Source: a virus
Lineage: Duplodnaviria; Caudoviricetes
IMG/VR virus record: IMGVR_UViG_3300037424_001167
Coordinates: 3,867-67,866 of that record
Strand: one strand, 5' to 3'
DNA length: 64,000 nucleotides
Shown: in pieces, positions 19,229 through 27,746 of the stretch
Layout of the letters: each line of letters opens with the position of its first letter
Numbering within the stretch: the stretch's first letter is position 1
Made by a program: the position numbers and the translations under genes
Notes under the pieces: generated by a model
The model's input: only the letters and a program-made list of their open reading frames with translations
Told to the model about the DNA's origin: nothing
The model's database searches: none

Positions 19229-19768
19229 CTAATACCTTGCGAATTGCCTAACCCCGATAATCTTGCCGTCGATGCGATAGGCCGTTGGGCCTGTATCTGG
19301 TCCGATGATGTCGGTGCGGCCTTTTGTCGCTTGACTCACAGGCATGGATACGATGTAGATGGACTCTCCATCAGGCTCAGGAAGTCCAACGACTTCCCCG
19401 AAGCTTGTTTTTACGACGGGGATGCCATCAATTTCCCCTGTGATTTCCGATGTTGTGGATACTCGTGCAACTCCTGCACTAGGATACTCACGAATAATCT
19501 GATTATCAGAGTCAACAATGGTAATAGTGTGTGGTGTCATGTTAACAATTTTTGTCATTGTTTTGACCTTTCTCTTTTGCCTATTTTGCTGGTACTGTGT
19601 GTACCATGCGTCAAAATCGATTTGCTCAACTGCGTACATTCTGCCCCATGGGGACTTGTGAGCTTTCAATCCCCATGATTTGCCTCTCATGTAGTCTCGT
19701 ATGGCGTTATTGAGTACGTTATGAGGTATGTTGTACTCAATCGCATACGAGGCTACTGGGTGCTCCAT
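19229..19768 (-). CDS. Hypothetical protein with a probable internal restart at 19558
   Basis: C-terminal 109 aa (NMTPHTITI...ARV...GLPEP...YIVS...GP) looks like a stand-alone phage family and has its own RBS GAAAGGTCAAAACA-ATG. Confidence 0.6.
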   Translation of the reverse strand: MEHPVASYAIEYNIPHNVLNNAIRDYMRGKSWGLKAHKSPWGRMYAVEQIDFDAWYTQYQQNRQKRKVKTMTKIVNMTPHTITIVDSDNQIIREYPSAGVARVSTTSEITGEIDGIPVVKTSFGEVVGLPEPDGESIYIVSMPVSQATKGRTDIIGPDTGPTAYRIDGKIIGVRQFARY

Positions 19769-20187
19769 TAAAATCCCTCTGTTCTTGCCTTCTCAGAGGC
19801 CCTTGCCTTTGCGGCCAAGACGTTGCTCACAAGGCGTACACGGCCTTTGAGGTCCGTTTGTCTGAGCCCCACGTTGACAGTGGTCTCAAGGACCTCCTGT
19901 GAGGAGTCGACCTCAAAGATCTGGTGGAATTCGGATTTATCAACTCCTCTAGCGCCTGTGCGTCCTCTCCCTATGATCTCAAAGCGCGTGCCATCGGGAA
20001 GGTCGAAGATTGTCTCGACCCAAGTTTTACTTTTGTCATTGCTATCATACCATCGGGTACTTACAATGAATTGCTTCACTTCAAACATCCTCTTCCCGTC
20101 ATGTTCACCTCCAACAAATTTGGATACAACGCTTGCACTTGAGGTTGTGTGGCTCTCTGATCCAGTTTCAATCAAAATTTTTGTCAT
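19768..20187 (-). CDS. Hypothetical protein
   Basis: 139-aa ORF with GAAAGGACAAAAACA-ATG. Confidence 0.7.
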   Translation of the reverse strand: MTKILIETGSESHTTSSASVVSKFVGGEHDGKRMFEVKQFIVSTRWYDSNDKSKTWVETIFDLPDGTRFEIIGRGRTGARGVDKSEFHQIFEVDSSQEVLETTVNVGLRQTDLKGRVRLVSNVLAAKARASEKARTEGF

Positions 20188-20237
20188 TGTTTTTGTCCTT
20201 TCTGTGTTTGTAAGTCACTCAATCAACTTACAAACGA

Positions 20238-20267
20238 AGTATAGCTCCACTCAAGTGGACTTGTCAA
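20238..20267 (-). promoter_or_regulatory. Promoter with a palindromic spacer
   Basis: Minus strand TTGACA-18-TATACT; spacer contains TCCACT-N2-AGTGGA. Confidence 0.6.
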
Positions 20268-20383
20268 TGATAAAACGGGTAATTGACGCAACTTTTCGGA
20301 GCCTGTCAGACCCGTAATGCACGTCTGCTGTGGACAAAAAAAGAAGAGAGGTAGCCAATAACTACCTCTCTTCACTGCAAATG

Positions 20384-20860
20384 CTACTTAAAGTACTCAT
20401 CTGCATGAATAAAATCAACACCAGCCGCTTTTGCGGCTTGCTCATCCTCTGGCCTGTCCCCAACCATCAGAGTGTCCTCTGGCAGGATATCCGTGTTATT
20501 CATGGCCTCCCACAACATCCCAGGGCCTGGTTTACGCCTGTCGCTGTCTTCTCTGTATTGATCAAGAGAGGCTTTGGGATGGCTATAGCAGATATAGAGC
20601 CTGTCAGGATATATTCTAGCCTCTACGCACATCCTGGTCAGCTCATCCTGGATATCCTGAGCTTTCATATATCCAAAAGCCACACCGCCTTGATTTGTGG
20701 CGACGGCAAGTTTGACGCCGCTTTCCTTGAGCATCCTGACCTTCTCAAGACGCCCTGGCAACCATTGCCAATCATCGGCGCTCTTGCGGAATGTTGCACC
20801 TGATTTCGTGGTCGTAAGTGTACCATCTACATCAGAGATGACCAGTTTGTACGTCTTCAT
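20384..20860 (-). CDS. HAD-IIIA phosphatase (polynucleotide 3'-phosphatase/GmhB-like)
   Basis: DVDGTL, ATNQGG, RKPGPGML, VGDRPED motifs. Confidence 0.9.
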   Translation of the reverse strand: MKTYKLVISDVDGTLTTTKSGATFRKSADDWQWLPGRLEKVRMLKESGVKLAVATNQGGVAFGYMKAQDIQDELTRMCVEARIYPDRLYICYSHPKASLDQYREDSDRRKPGPGMLWEAMNNTDILPEDTLMVGDRPEDEQAAKAAGVDFIHADEYFK

Positions 20861-20874
20861 GCGTGTTGTCCTTT

Positions 20875-21090
20875 CTAATGATGCTCATCATGGATACACT
20901 CACCGTCCTTGAACACACGATAGCTTCCTACACGCTCATCCACCGGAATACGTTCCAATTCATTTATGAACTGAAAACGAGACATGGAATTTGCTTTTGC
21001 CTCGTAATCGGGTTTAAATCCTTTTGCAGCTAAATCGCTCAAAACGGATGAAACGTTCTCCTTGTCGACAATGATTGAATGCTTGTACAT
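20875..21090 (-). CDS. Hypothetical protein
   Basis: 71-aa ORF with GAAAGGAC RBS. Confidence 0.6.
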   Translation of the reverse strand: MYKHSIIVDKENVSSVLSDLAAKGFKPDYEAKANSMSRFQFINELERIPVDERVGSYRVFKDGECIHDEHH

Positions 21091-21126
21091 TGTGTTGTCC
21101 TTTCTTTTTTTTTCTTGCGAGGGGTG

Positions 21127-21315
21127 CTAGCTATTCTGTCGCTCGTTTTCTTTTTTTACCTTGTGTGCGAGTATAAGGCGCATTTTGCCTCCTTGGTATT
21201 CATGCACCTTATAACTGCACGTTAGATCATCCATGAGATTAGATACATCTTCCCATTCCTGGAGTTTCTTCACATAGGTGTGGCCAGTGTCGTCTCTGTA
21301 AACTAATTCGTACAT
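21127..21315 (-). CDS. Hypothetical protein
   Basis: Start MYELVY after GAAAGGAC. Confidence 0.6.
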   Translation of the reverse strand: MYELVYRDDTGHTYVKKLQEWEDVSNLMDDLTCSYKVHEYQGGKMRLILAHKVKKENERQNS

Positions 21316-21350
21316 AACGTGTCCTTTCTTTCCCCTTGCGAGGGGTGGTG

Positions 21351-21638
21351 CTAGCGGGATTGGCCCTTGATCATGGGCATTCCTAAAACGGTATCTCCGA
21401 CTAGAAATTCCCATCCTTTGATAATGCCCATTGTCTTCAGTCCATCAAAGAAATTTTTGTCAATCTGCCCCCACTTTCGATTGTCACATTCAAATGCAAT
21501 CGAAGCTTTGTTCCCATAAAATTCTATATTAGGGTTAAGCTTGCCGTATTTCCACTCGATCAATTTGAAAAGTATATTCATGTCTCTTACTGGAAGAACA
21601 TGGTAAAGTGATATTTGAACTATGTGTGTTGGGATCAT
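21351..21638 (-). CDS. Hypothetical protein
   Basis: 95-aa ORF with GAAAGGGC RBS. Confidence 0.6.
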   Translation of the reverse strand: MIPTHIVQISLYHVLPVRDMNILFKLIEWKYGKLNPNIEFYGNKASIAFECDNRKWGQIDKNFFDGLKTMGIIKGWEFLVGDTVLGMPMIKGQSR

Positions 21639-21656
21639 TGCTTTTGCCCTTTCTTT

Positions 21657-21923
21657 CTACACAGGAAAGGCGTCATCTGCCTCTTCTGCATTTGATAAAT
21701 CCACCTCAAAATCAATAGCGGGAGATGTCTCAGGGATTGGCGTTTGAGCGGCATGAACGGCGCTTTTATTCCTGAGAAGACGGAAATCTCTAAGCCAGAT
21801 AGCTATCATGGTCGGAACTTGTTTCTTTCCAATCTCTTCAGCTTCCTGGATAAGCTCTTTATGGAGTGGTGAACCCCGAAGTATGCCCACTGTATAGTAG
21901 ACATACTTTTTTGTATCACGCAT
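21657..21923 (-). CDS. Putative ParR-like centromere-binding adaptor
   Basis: Small ORF coupled to the ParM-like stop via AAGGAG; N-terminal beta-strand/helix pattern and acidic tail; call rests mainly on position. Confidence 0.55.
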   Translation of the reverse strand: MRDTKKYVYYTVGILRGSPLHKELIQEAEEIGKKQVPTMIAIWLRDFRLLRNKSAVHAAQTPIPETSPAIDFEVDLSNAEEADDAFPV

Positions 21924-21933
21924 AGCAGGCTCC

Positions 21934-22980
21934 TTAAGCGACATCACGTAATCGGCGTGACTGTTGCTCAGCAAATTTCCAGTACCCGTATGCATTCGCC
22001 TGCTCAGGAAATTCTGGACAAGTAGAATGAGGAATATCACGCTTGATCAAATCAAAGAAGTAATAGGCACCCCCACCAACAACAGTAACATATCTAAATC
22101 CAGTAGCAACCACTGTATCACTTTCGCTAGATCTCCATTTAGATCGAACAAAAGATATTATTGCATCCTTTGCTTGTTCCATCGCTTCATTTAGCATGCC
22201 TTGCATATCCACAGACTTACCTCTTGCGGTAGCAAAGGGAATGGGCATGCGGTTTGCACATGCATACATCATCTCCCTCAAAAAGTGAGGAGGAAGAGGA
22301 TATCCATGCAAATCTTCAAAACTGCTCTTGACCGCATCAGTGACCGTATAAACTCCAATATCGCAACCATGGCAGTACTTAAGATCAGGCGTTATCCCAT
22401 TAGACCCATACAGATCAATGGTCCTCCCACCTATATCAATAACGCCTTGAAGTTCTTTTGTTCCTGAGCCATAGGCAATAGCCGCGCCAGCCCCCTCCAT
22501 GATCACGCGCTCAACTCTTATGTGGACAGTGCGCTTTCTCTTGTTGACAGAGAAACTATGATCACCTTGCAGCGCTTCTGTAATTTCAGCTCTATTTTCT
22601 GTTCTTCCAGTATATGCTTGTACAGGTATTCCGGTTACAACATTGAGAGCAAATTCATCATCATCAATCATGGTGGATGATAGCGTTAACAGTGCTCTTA
22701 GAGCGTTTTTGCTACTGTACCTTCCTGGATCCCCATATCCGTTTTTGATGTCTTTGCCCTGCTCTAATGCTAAATCCCCAATAAAGAAGTCAGCATGCTG
22801 ACCTTCGTGTCTGAATATAAAATGATTGCTTTTCATTCCAATTCCAATATTTGCGAGTTTAGTTCCAGACTCCTGTGATATGGCAGTCGGTATGCTTTTT
22901 GCAATCTTTCGCCCATTCACAACGGCGACTCCACATATTTCAGAGTTGCCAAAATCATACCCAAATGAGTATGTGTTCAT
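21934..22980 (-). CDS. parM: ParM/StbA-family actin-like partition ATPase
   Basis: Actin-fold motifs GYDFGNS, TGIP, EGAGA, IDIGGRTID, VVGGGA. Confidence 0.9.
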   Translation of the reverse strand: MNTYSFGYDFGNSEICGVAVVNGRKIAKSIPTAISQESGTKLANIGIGMKSNHFIFRHEGQHADFFIGDLALEQGKDIKNGYGDPGRYSSKNALRALLTLSSTMIDDDEFALNVVTGIPVQAYTGRTENRAEITEALQGDHSFSVNKRKRTVHIRVERVIMEGAGAAIAYGSGTKELQGVIDIGGRTIDLYGSNGITPDLKYCHGCDIGVYTVTDAVKSSFEDLHGYPLPPHFLREMMYACANRMPIPFATARGKSVDMQGMLNEAMEQAKDAIISFVRSKWRSSESDTVVATGFRYVTVVGGGAYYFFDLIKRDIPHSTCPEFPEQANAYGYWKFAEQQSRRLRDVA

Positions 22981-23000
22981 GTTCTTGTCCTTTCTCTTTA

Positions 23001-23160
23001 GGTACTGCTGAAGTGATGATCAAATACATCACTTTCCTTGTCTGTAAGAATTATAGCCCATCAGTACGGTATTTGTCAAGTACTTGATCTGCCAGAATAC
23101 CGCACTGATGGGCTATCGTGATAGGAATGGTACTGCTGAAGTGATGATCAAATACATCAC
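23001..23160. promoter_or_regulatory. parC-like region: two 32-bp direct repeats flanking a 21-bp inverted repeat and a promoter
   Basis: GGTACTGCTGAAGTGATGATCAAATACATCAC at 23001-23032 and 23129-23160 (identical); inverted repeat 23053-23073 / 23096-23116 (1 mismatch); minus strand TTGACA-18-TATAAT. Confidence 0.75.
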
Positions 23161-23777
23161 CTTCTCACCCTCTTCCTTGTAGCTTTCTTGCGTTTCAATC
23201 TCGCTGCTTGCTCCCGTTTGTGGATATCTAATTTACGCTCTCTGTACTCAAGTGCAGCTCGCTTGCGGTATCCGGCCTGAACACGCTTGACCGTCTTGTG
23301 AGCGCTCTTGACGGCCTTGACCGTGCCCTTGGCCGTACGGGCAATAGCCTTGCCGGTGGACTTAAGAGCTTTCACTGCAAAGCGCCCAAAACGATCACGG
23401 GGATGCTGGCTTTCCTTGTAGACAACCCCTTGCAAGGGGGATGCTTTGAGTTTCTTCCTGGCAGTTGCCTCCTTGCGTTCCTCCTTTGGAACTGTCCGGC
23501 TCTTGCGGACAGTTCGATTTGCTATCCACTCGTCACGGGCACGTTCAGAGGATGTTCGATTGTCTGGAAGCTTGCGGCCTGGCTTCATTGGCAAATCGGG
23601 CATGCGCCCCATTTGGCGTATACCTTCTTGCCTTTCGTGCTCTTCTACGCGCATTCGACGATATTTTACATCGATGCGTTCCTGTTCCTCTTCACGAGCA
23701 ATTTCACGGAGAGTTTCCCTGGTTCGAAGGGAATCCCTTCTGATTTCTTCATTGGATCGTGGATCGTAGTATGCCAT
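23157..23777 (-). CDS. Highly basic Arg/Lys-rich protein
   Basis: HPRDRFGRF motif and a K/R/A-rich C-terminal half. Confidence 0.65.
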   Translation of the reverse strand: MAYYDPRSNEEIRRDSLRTRETLREIAREEEQERIDVKYRRMRVEEHERQEGIRQMGRMPDLPMKPGRKLPDNRTSSERARDEWIANRTVRKSRTVPKEERKEATARKKLKASPLQGVVYKESQHPRDRFGRFAVKALKSTGKAIARTAKGTVKAVKSAHKTVKRVQAGYRKRAALEYRERKLDIHKREQAARLKRKKATRKRVRR

Positions 23778-23827
23778 TATTTGCTTCCTCCTTTCAATTC
23801 GCGTTCAGCAATGATTTGCCGTGCATG

Positions 23828-25465
23828 CTAAAACTTCCTCAAATCTTTCTGTTTCACCAACCAACTGGCATGTTTATGGTGCCGATTGTTACAACCTTCA
23901 ATCACGCGTAATGAGTCTTTTATATTACCAAGAGCCTTGTACAACGCTTCAAACTGAATGATCTGCAAGTCGGTCATCATCAGATCATTGGGGGACAACT
24001 CGGGACCCGTCCCCAGCAAGTCTGGGAGCCCGTTTAGAGGCTTTTCTGAGAGTCCCGTGTCGAAGTCAACATTGATGATTTCGCCGTCCCATATCGGTGT
24101 TTTGGGGGACCCATAAGTAGATGCTTCATCGCGCTCCATTCCTAGGGTCCCACTGAGTCCCAATAAAGTCCCGTTCCGATCCTCAATGCCAACCATCTCA
24201 ATCACTCTCGAAACCGCCTGGGCATCCGCATAGGGAAGAGCCAGTTTGTAGGCTTGCCCGCCCGCATTTCTTGGTACCACCACTACTTCGCCAGCTACGA
24301 GTTGTGAAGTTATATCGGCGGCATCCCCTTCAAGTATTTGCTGTGCTCTTTCCCTCTTCAGGTGGAATGCCAACAAAGTACAACTATCTCTGAACTCACT
24401 GCCACCTGTACGCTCTACCTTTGCAATCTGCCCAAATGCTATAACTCGACATAATCTCTTCCTCCCACGTGTTGCATAGTCCTCTGCAAGTTCCTTGATT
24501 TGTTTAGCTGCATCATTCCATTTTGAGTCTTTATTCTCTACTTGCCTCATCAAGTAGCTGAACTCATCAATTAACCAAAGCACAGGTCTGCCGCTAGGAC
24601 TTTCAATTGCCTCTCTTGCAATTGACACAACATGCAAAGTCTTCTCAGGTGTGTTAGCTACGGGACCCATCAGAAATTTTGATAAAGCGCCTAAACGTTT
24701 TGTAAGAGACTCTTGTTCCTCCGCATCAGGGTCTACAACAAGGATTTTTCCGCCGTGTAAGACTGTGTAGCAGGCGATCAGCACCCCAAGGCTACTTTTA
24801 CCAAAGCCCTGGTCTCCGATCGCAAGCAGAGAGTCAAAAAGGTTTCCTGACCTTGCAAAGAGGCTCCCCCGTAGGGGCTCACCATCAACGTAGCCAACTA
24901 TGCTTGTATCCTCATCAATAATCGTTGTACCAGCATTGAGTTGGTCTAAGAGTGTTGGGATTGGAGGATCTTCTTGATCTTGATCTTCCTCTTCGTCATC
25001 ACCAAAGTAGTTGTTTTCCGTGTTCCCAGCGGGTGCTATCGACTTTGGATTGATCACACGGACAATCTCTCCCTCTACCTCAGAGTTAAAACCTTTCTCC
25101 GATCCTGCTCGTAACAAGTACGGCTGCTCGTCTATGATGTCTATCTCAGCATGCGCTCGTCGCACGTATATCATGTGCTTATCGTATGCAACCTTCATTT
25201 TCCAGATAACAGACACACATGCAAGAGATATGCAAGAGGTATTTGTGATCAATACCGCCATGGGGTGAGTATTCCAAGCATCATGCATCCACCACTGAGC
25301 GAACTGCCATCCTCCAAAAAGAACCGCAACAAACCAGACTGATACGAACACAAGCACTGGCACCACAAGATACGTAGCACCATGAGGAATACCCACCCCG
25401 CGTGGCACGCTCTCTCTGTATTCTTGTCTCTCTCTGTATTCGCTTTTCCCTTCGTTTCTGCTCAT
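23828..25465 (-). CDS. Membrane-anchored FtsK/TraB/HerA-like P-loop ATPase
   Basis: Two N-terminal TM segments, Walker A GDQGFGKS, Walker B WLIDE, RGRK arginine finger, following GQ motif. Confidence 0.8.
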   Translation of the reverse strand: MSRNEGKSEYRERQEYRESVPRGVGIPHGATYLVVPVLVFVSVWFVAVLFGGWQFAQWWMHDAWNTHPMAVLITNTSCISLACVSVIWKMKVAYDKHMIYVRRAHAEIDIIDEQPYLLRAGSEKGFNSEVEGEIVRVINPKSIAPAGNTENNYFGDDEEEDQDQEDPPIPTLLDQLNAGTTIIDEDTSIVGYVDGEPLRGSLFARSGNLFDSLLAIGDQGFGKSSLGVLIACYTVLHGGKILVVDPDAEEQESLTKRLGALSKFLMGPVANTPEKTLHVVSIAREAIESPSGRPVLWLIDEFSYLMRQVENKDSKWNDAAKQIKELAEDYATRGRKRLCRVIAFGQIAKVERTGGSEFRDSCTLLAFHLKRERAQQILEGDAADITSQLVAGEVVVVPRNAGGQAYKLALPYADAQAVSRVIEMVGIEDRNGTLLGLSGTLGMERDEASTYGSPKTPIWDGEIINVDFDTGLSEKPLNGLPDLLGTGPELSPNDLMMTDLQIIQFEALYKALGNIKDSLRVIEGCNNRHHKHASWLVKQKDLRKF

Positions 25466-25698
25466 ATCCTGTGATCCTCCTCTCTTTTTTTTTGAGTATT
25501 TATCAATAGCAACCTAATAATCATCAAAAATCCCTTTGACATGGTAAAGAATCCAATGATGATATCCGCAATTGCGATTACAATGTTCACTATTGCAATT
25601 ATTATGCCCATAATCGCTTGAAATATTGCGAATACAGCGTTGTTCCACATTAAGCCGCCAGATGCGATCGCGCTGGTAATCGCTTCTTGCTCGCTCAT
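25462..25698 (-). CDS. Small hydrophobic membrane protein
   Basis: About 45-residue Ile/Ala-rich hydrophobic stretch; coupled to the ATPase gene. Confidence 0.65.
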   Translation of the reverse strand: MSEQEAITSAIASGGLMWNNAVFAIFQAIMGIIIAIVNIVIAIADIIIGFFTMSKGFLMIIRLLLINTQKKREEDHRI

Positions 25699-26327
25699 GA
25701 TGTTATTGCCTTTCTAAAACCTAAAACCATGCACGCCGTCTCGACCGCATTGTACAAAAAGTGTAAATCAGGCCTTGAGAGTGGTGATCCAATTAATCCT
25801 CCAATCGCCATAATGCCAGGAGAGCCATCGATCCCTGTTCTCAGATAAAAATCCATGATGACAATGTGCTCAGAACAATGGAGGAGTGCCAACGGCAACA
25901 TGAGGATCATCCATGGATCCCTGATCTTGTAGATGAGGTAAATAGTCCAGAACGGTATCCACAAAGAATCAAAAAAGAAGTGCAGTTCCTCAACATCTAA
26001 TGCTGCTCCAAACAGACCATGCGAATTAGTCCAGATCCAGCCAAGGATGTGTATTTGCACCATCTGAGCAACGTGCTCAGTCATATGGACTGATTGAAGT
26101 GCAACAAAAGCAAAATATAGTGCTAAAACATAATCTATTTCTATTAGATTTAGAACATATTTGATGCAAAATGGCATCCACGCAATAATTAGAGCTAATG
26201 CCAGATACCACATGATAAATTGGCACATCAAAATAAATACGATAATTGCAGCACCACCTGCTAGCATGCCTTGTTTAAAAGTGAGATTGTCCATTTGGCC
26301 TCCTGAGATATGGAATGGGCGGGACAA
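25695..26327 (-). CDS. Multi-pass membrane protein with HxxEH motifs
   Basis: 5-6 hydrophobic segments; QSVHMTEH, EELHFF, LHCSEH, RPDLHFLYN. Confidence 0.7.
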   Translation of the reverse strand: MSRPFHISGGQMDNLTFKQGMLAGGAAIIVFILMCQFIMWYLALALIIAWMPFCIKYVLNLIEIDYVLALYFAFVALQSVHMTEHVAQMVQIHILGWIWTNSHGLFGAALDVEELHFFFDSLWIPFWTIYLIYKIRDPWMILMLPLALLHCSEHIVIMDFYLRTGIDGSPGIMAIGGLIGSPLSRPDLHFLYNAVETACMVLGFRKAITS

Positions 26328-26351
26328 GCATTCCCGCCCGAAAACTTCCTG

Positions 26352-26531
26352 CTATACGCATGTTCTTATGCTTGACATATCAAATTTATCCCCTGGAACA
26401 AGATGTTGCGCACTCCGCTGTAGTAGAATGCGTGCGCCTTCGATTGTTGAGCATTCTACTACAGCATCTCCCACTACTTCACCTTTCTCGTTCATGATCA
26501 TAACTTTGAATTTCTTGTTGACTGTGCTCAT
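26352..26531 (-). CDS. Hypothetical protein
   Basis: Start MSTVNK after AGGAG. Confidence 0.55.
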   Translation of the reverse strand: MSTVNKKFKVMIMNEKGEVVGDAVVECSTIEGARILLQRSAQHLVPGDKFDMSSIRTCV

Positions 26532-26541
26532 TCTCATGCTC

Positions 26542-26793
26542 CTAACGCTGAATAAGATCAAGAGAAGCTTGCAATAGAGCAAGAATTGGATGATGCCCAT
26601 CCTCATTGCTCTCGCTCGACGATTTCAATAAAACGCTCTCTAGATCTCTCTCTCGGAGATGCTTTGTGGCACAAAAAGTATCCACTGCCGTTTCCTGGTC
26701 ATCGGCAAGCCACTCGTACCGCTTCCCTTTGACTGTGAAGATAAATCTTTGCGAATATGACCCCCTCTGGGGTGAAGGAATGTATTTTGCCAT
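26542..26793 (-). CDS. Hypothetical protein
   Basis: Start MAKYIP after GGAGG. Confidence 0.6.
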   Translation of the reverse strand: MAKYIPSPQRGSYSQRFIFTVKGKRYEWLADDQETAVDTFCATKHLRERDLESVLLKSSSESNEDGHHPILALLQASLDLIQR

Positions 26794-26893
26794 CTTGACC
26801 TCCTGGTCTATACTAAAAACAGCTAGCCGCCAATGAGCGAGCAGCATGCGGTGATGAGAGGCGCTTTTCTAGGGCATTCCCTCTCATCTCTTT

Positions 26894-27100
26894 TTACCAT
26901 TTAACGGTTGCACATTCGTGGCCGATGAAATGATCTATCGAGATATCCTCACGGCATTTACGGCAAAACATGCTAACAGCCGTAGGTTCCTGTGATTTTA
27001 CATAGTAAACAGTGGCCTCGTATCCAAGCCCACTGGGCACCGTTACATTCTTGCGCACAAGTGGTTCTTGCGCTTTAGGTTTAGGTTTAAAAAACCCCAT
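26894..27100 (-). CDS. Small zinc-finger protein
   Basis: FCRKC....IDHFIGHEC. Confidence 0.6.
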   Translation of the reverse strand: MGFFKPKPKAQEPLVRKNVTVPSGLGYEATVYYVKSQEPTAVSMFCRKCREDISIDHFIGHECATVKW

Positions 27101-27201
27101 GATGGGTTCCTCTCATCTCTTCTTCTTTTTTCAACTTCTTTTACGCGTTAAATACCACATTACAGGAACGAACATTATCAAAGCGTACCACGCCAAACCG
27201 C

Positions 27202-27330
27202 TCATGCACTCTTCCCCTTGCAAGGGGTGAGGAAGTGATCTACATGCACCATTTGCCCGCAATTGAGACAACGCACCGTGATAATCTTGCGCCCGATCGC
27301 GATAATCTTCTTATCTTGCTTCTTTTGCAT
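27202..27330 (-). CDS. Small zinc-finger protein
   Basis: RCLNC....VDHFLTPC; start set at MQKKQD. Confidence 0.5.
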   Translation of the reverse strand: MQKKQDKKIIAIGRKIITVRCLNCGQMVHVDHFLTPCKGKSA

Positions 27331-27574
27331 ATTTGTCCCTGTACCTCTTTTCATCTCTAAAGCGTTCAATATACGATGGCACGCGGTCAAATTGGCGTTG
27401 GGAAGACTGGATGAGCAGCTCCTCAGCGTGCTCATCGCATATCCCGTGTGAATTATCCTCGTCAGAGCCAGGGCACCATGCACATGGCTCTTGCTTCGTC
27501 TCGATCATCAAACGTCCTTTAGCAACTATGAACGGCAAAATCATGAAATGCGAACCAACGCCTACATTTATCAC
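27311..27574 (-). CDS. Small Cys/His-containing hypothetical protein
   Basis: CAWC...SHGICDEH. Confidence 0.55.
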   Translation of the reverse strand: MINVGVGSHFMILPFIVAKGRLMIETKQEPCAWCPGSDEDNSHGICDEHAEELLIQSSQRQFDRVPSYIERFRDEKRYRDKYAKEAR

Positions 27575-27713
27575 ACTTTAGTTGGCTTTCCGCGTCAACT
27601 TCGAGACCTCGATTTTTAAGCTGACTGGCAACGTACGATGGTACGTTTTGCACATGATCTGGAACGTCAACGGCAACTTGACCGGTAATCTTTTCACGTA
27701 GTTTGTCAAACAT
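27519..27713 (-). CDS. Small zinc-finger protein
   Basis: KCDKC....FHDFAVHSC. Confidence 0.6.
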   Translation of the reverse strand: MFDKLREKITGQVAVDVPDHVQNVPSYVASQLKNRGLEVDAESQLKCDKCRRWFAFHDFAVHSC

Positions 27714-27746
27714 GATTGCTTCTCGTATCCTTTCAATAAAGATCTT

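Noticed and set aside
20384-20860. GmhB as an LPS-biosynthesis auxiliary gene
   Set aside because: HAD-IIIA motifs are shared with phage polynucleotide 3'-phosphatases; no heptose pathway genes are nearby, so no gene symbol was assigned
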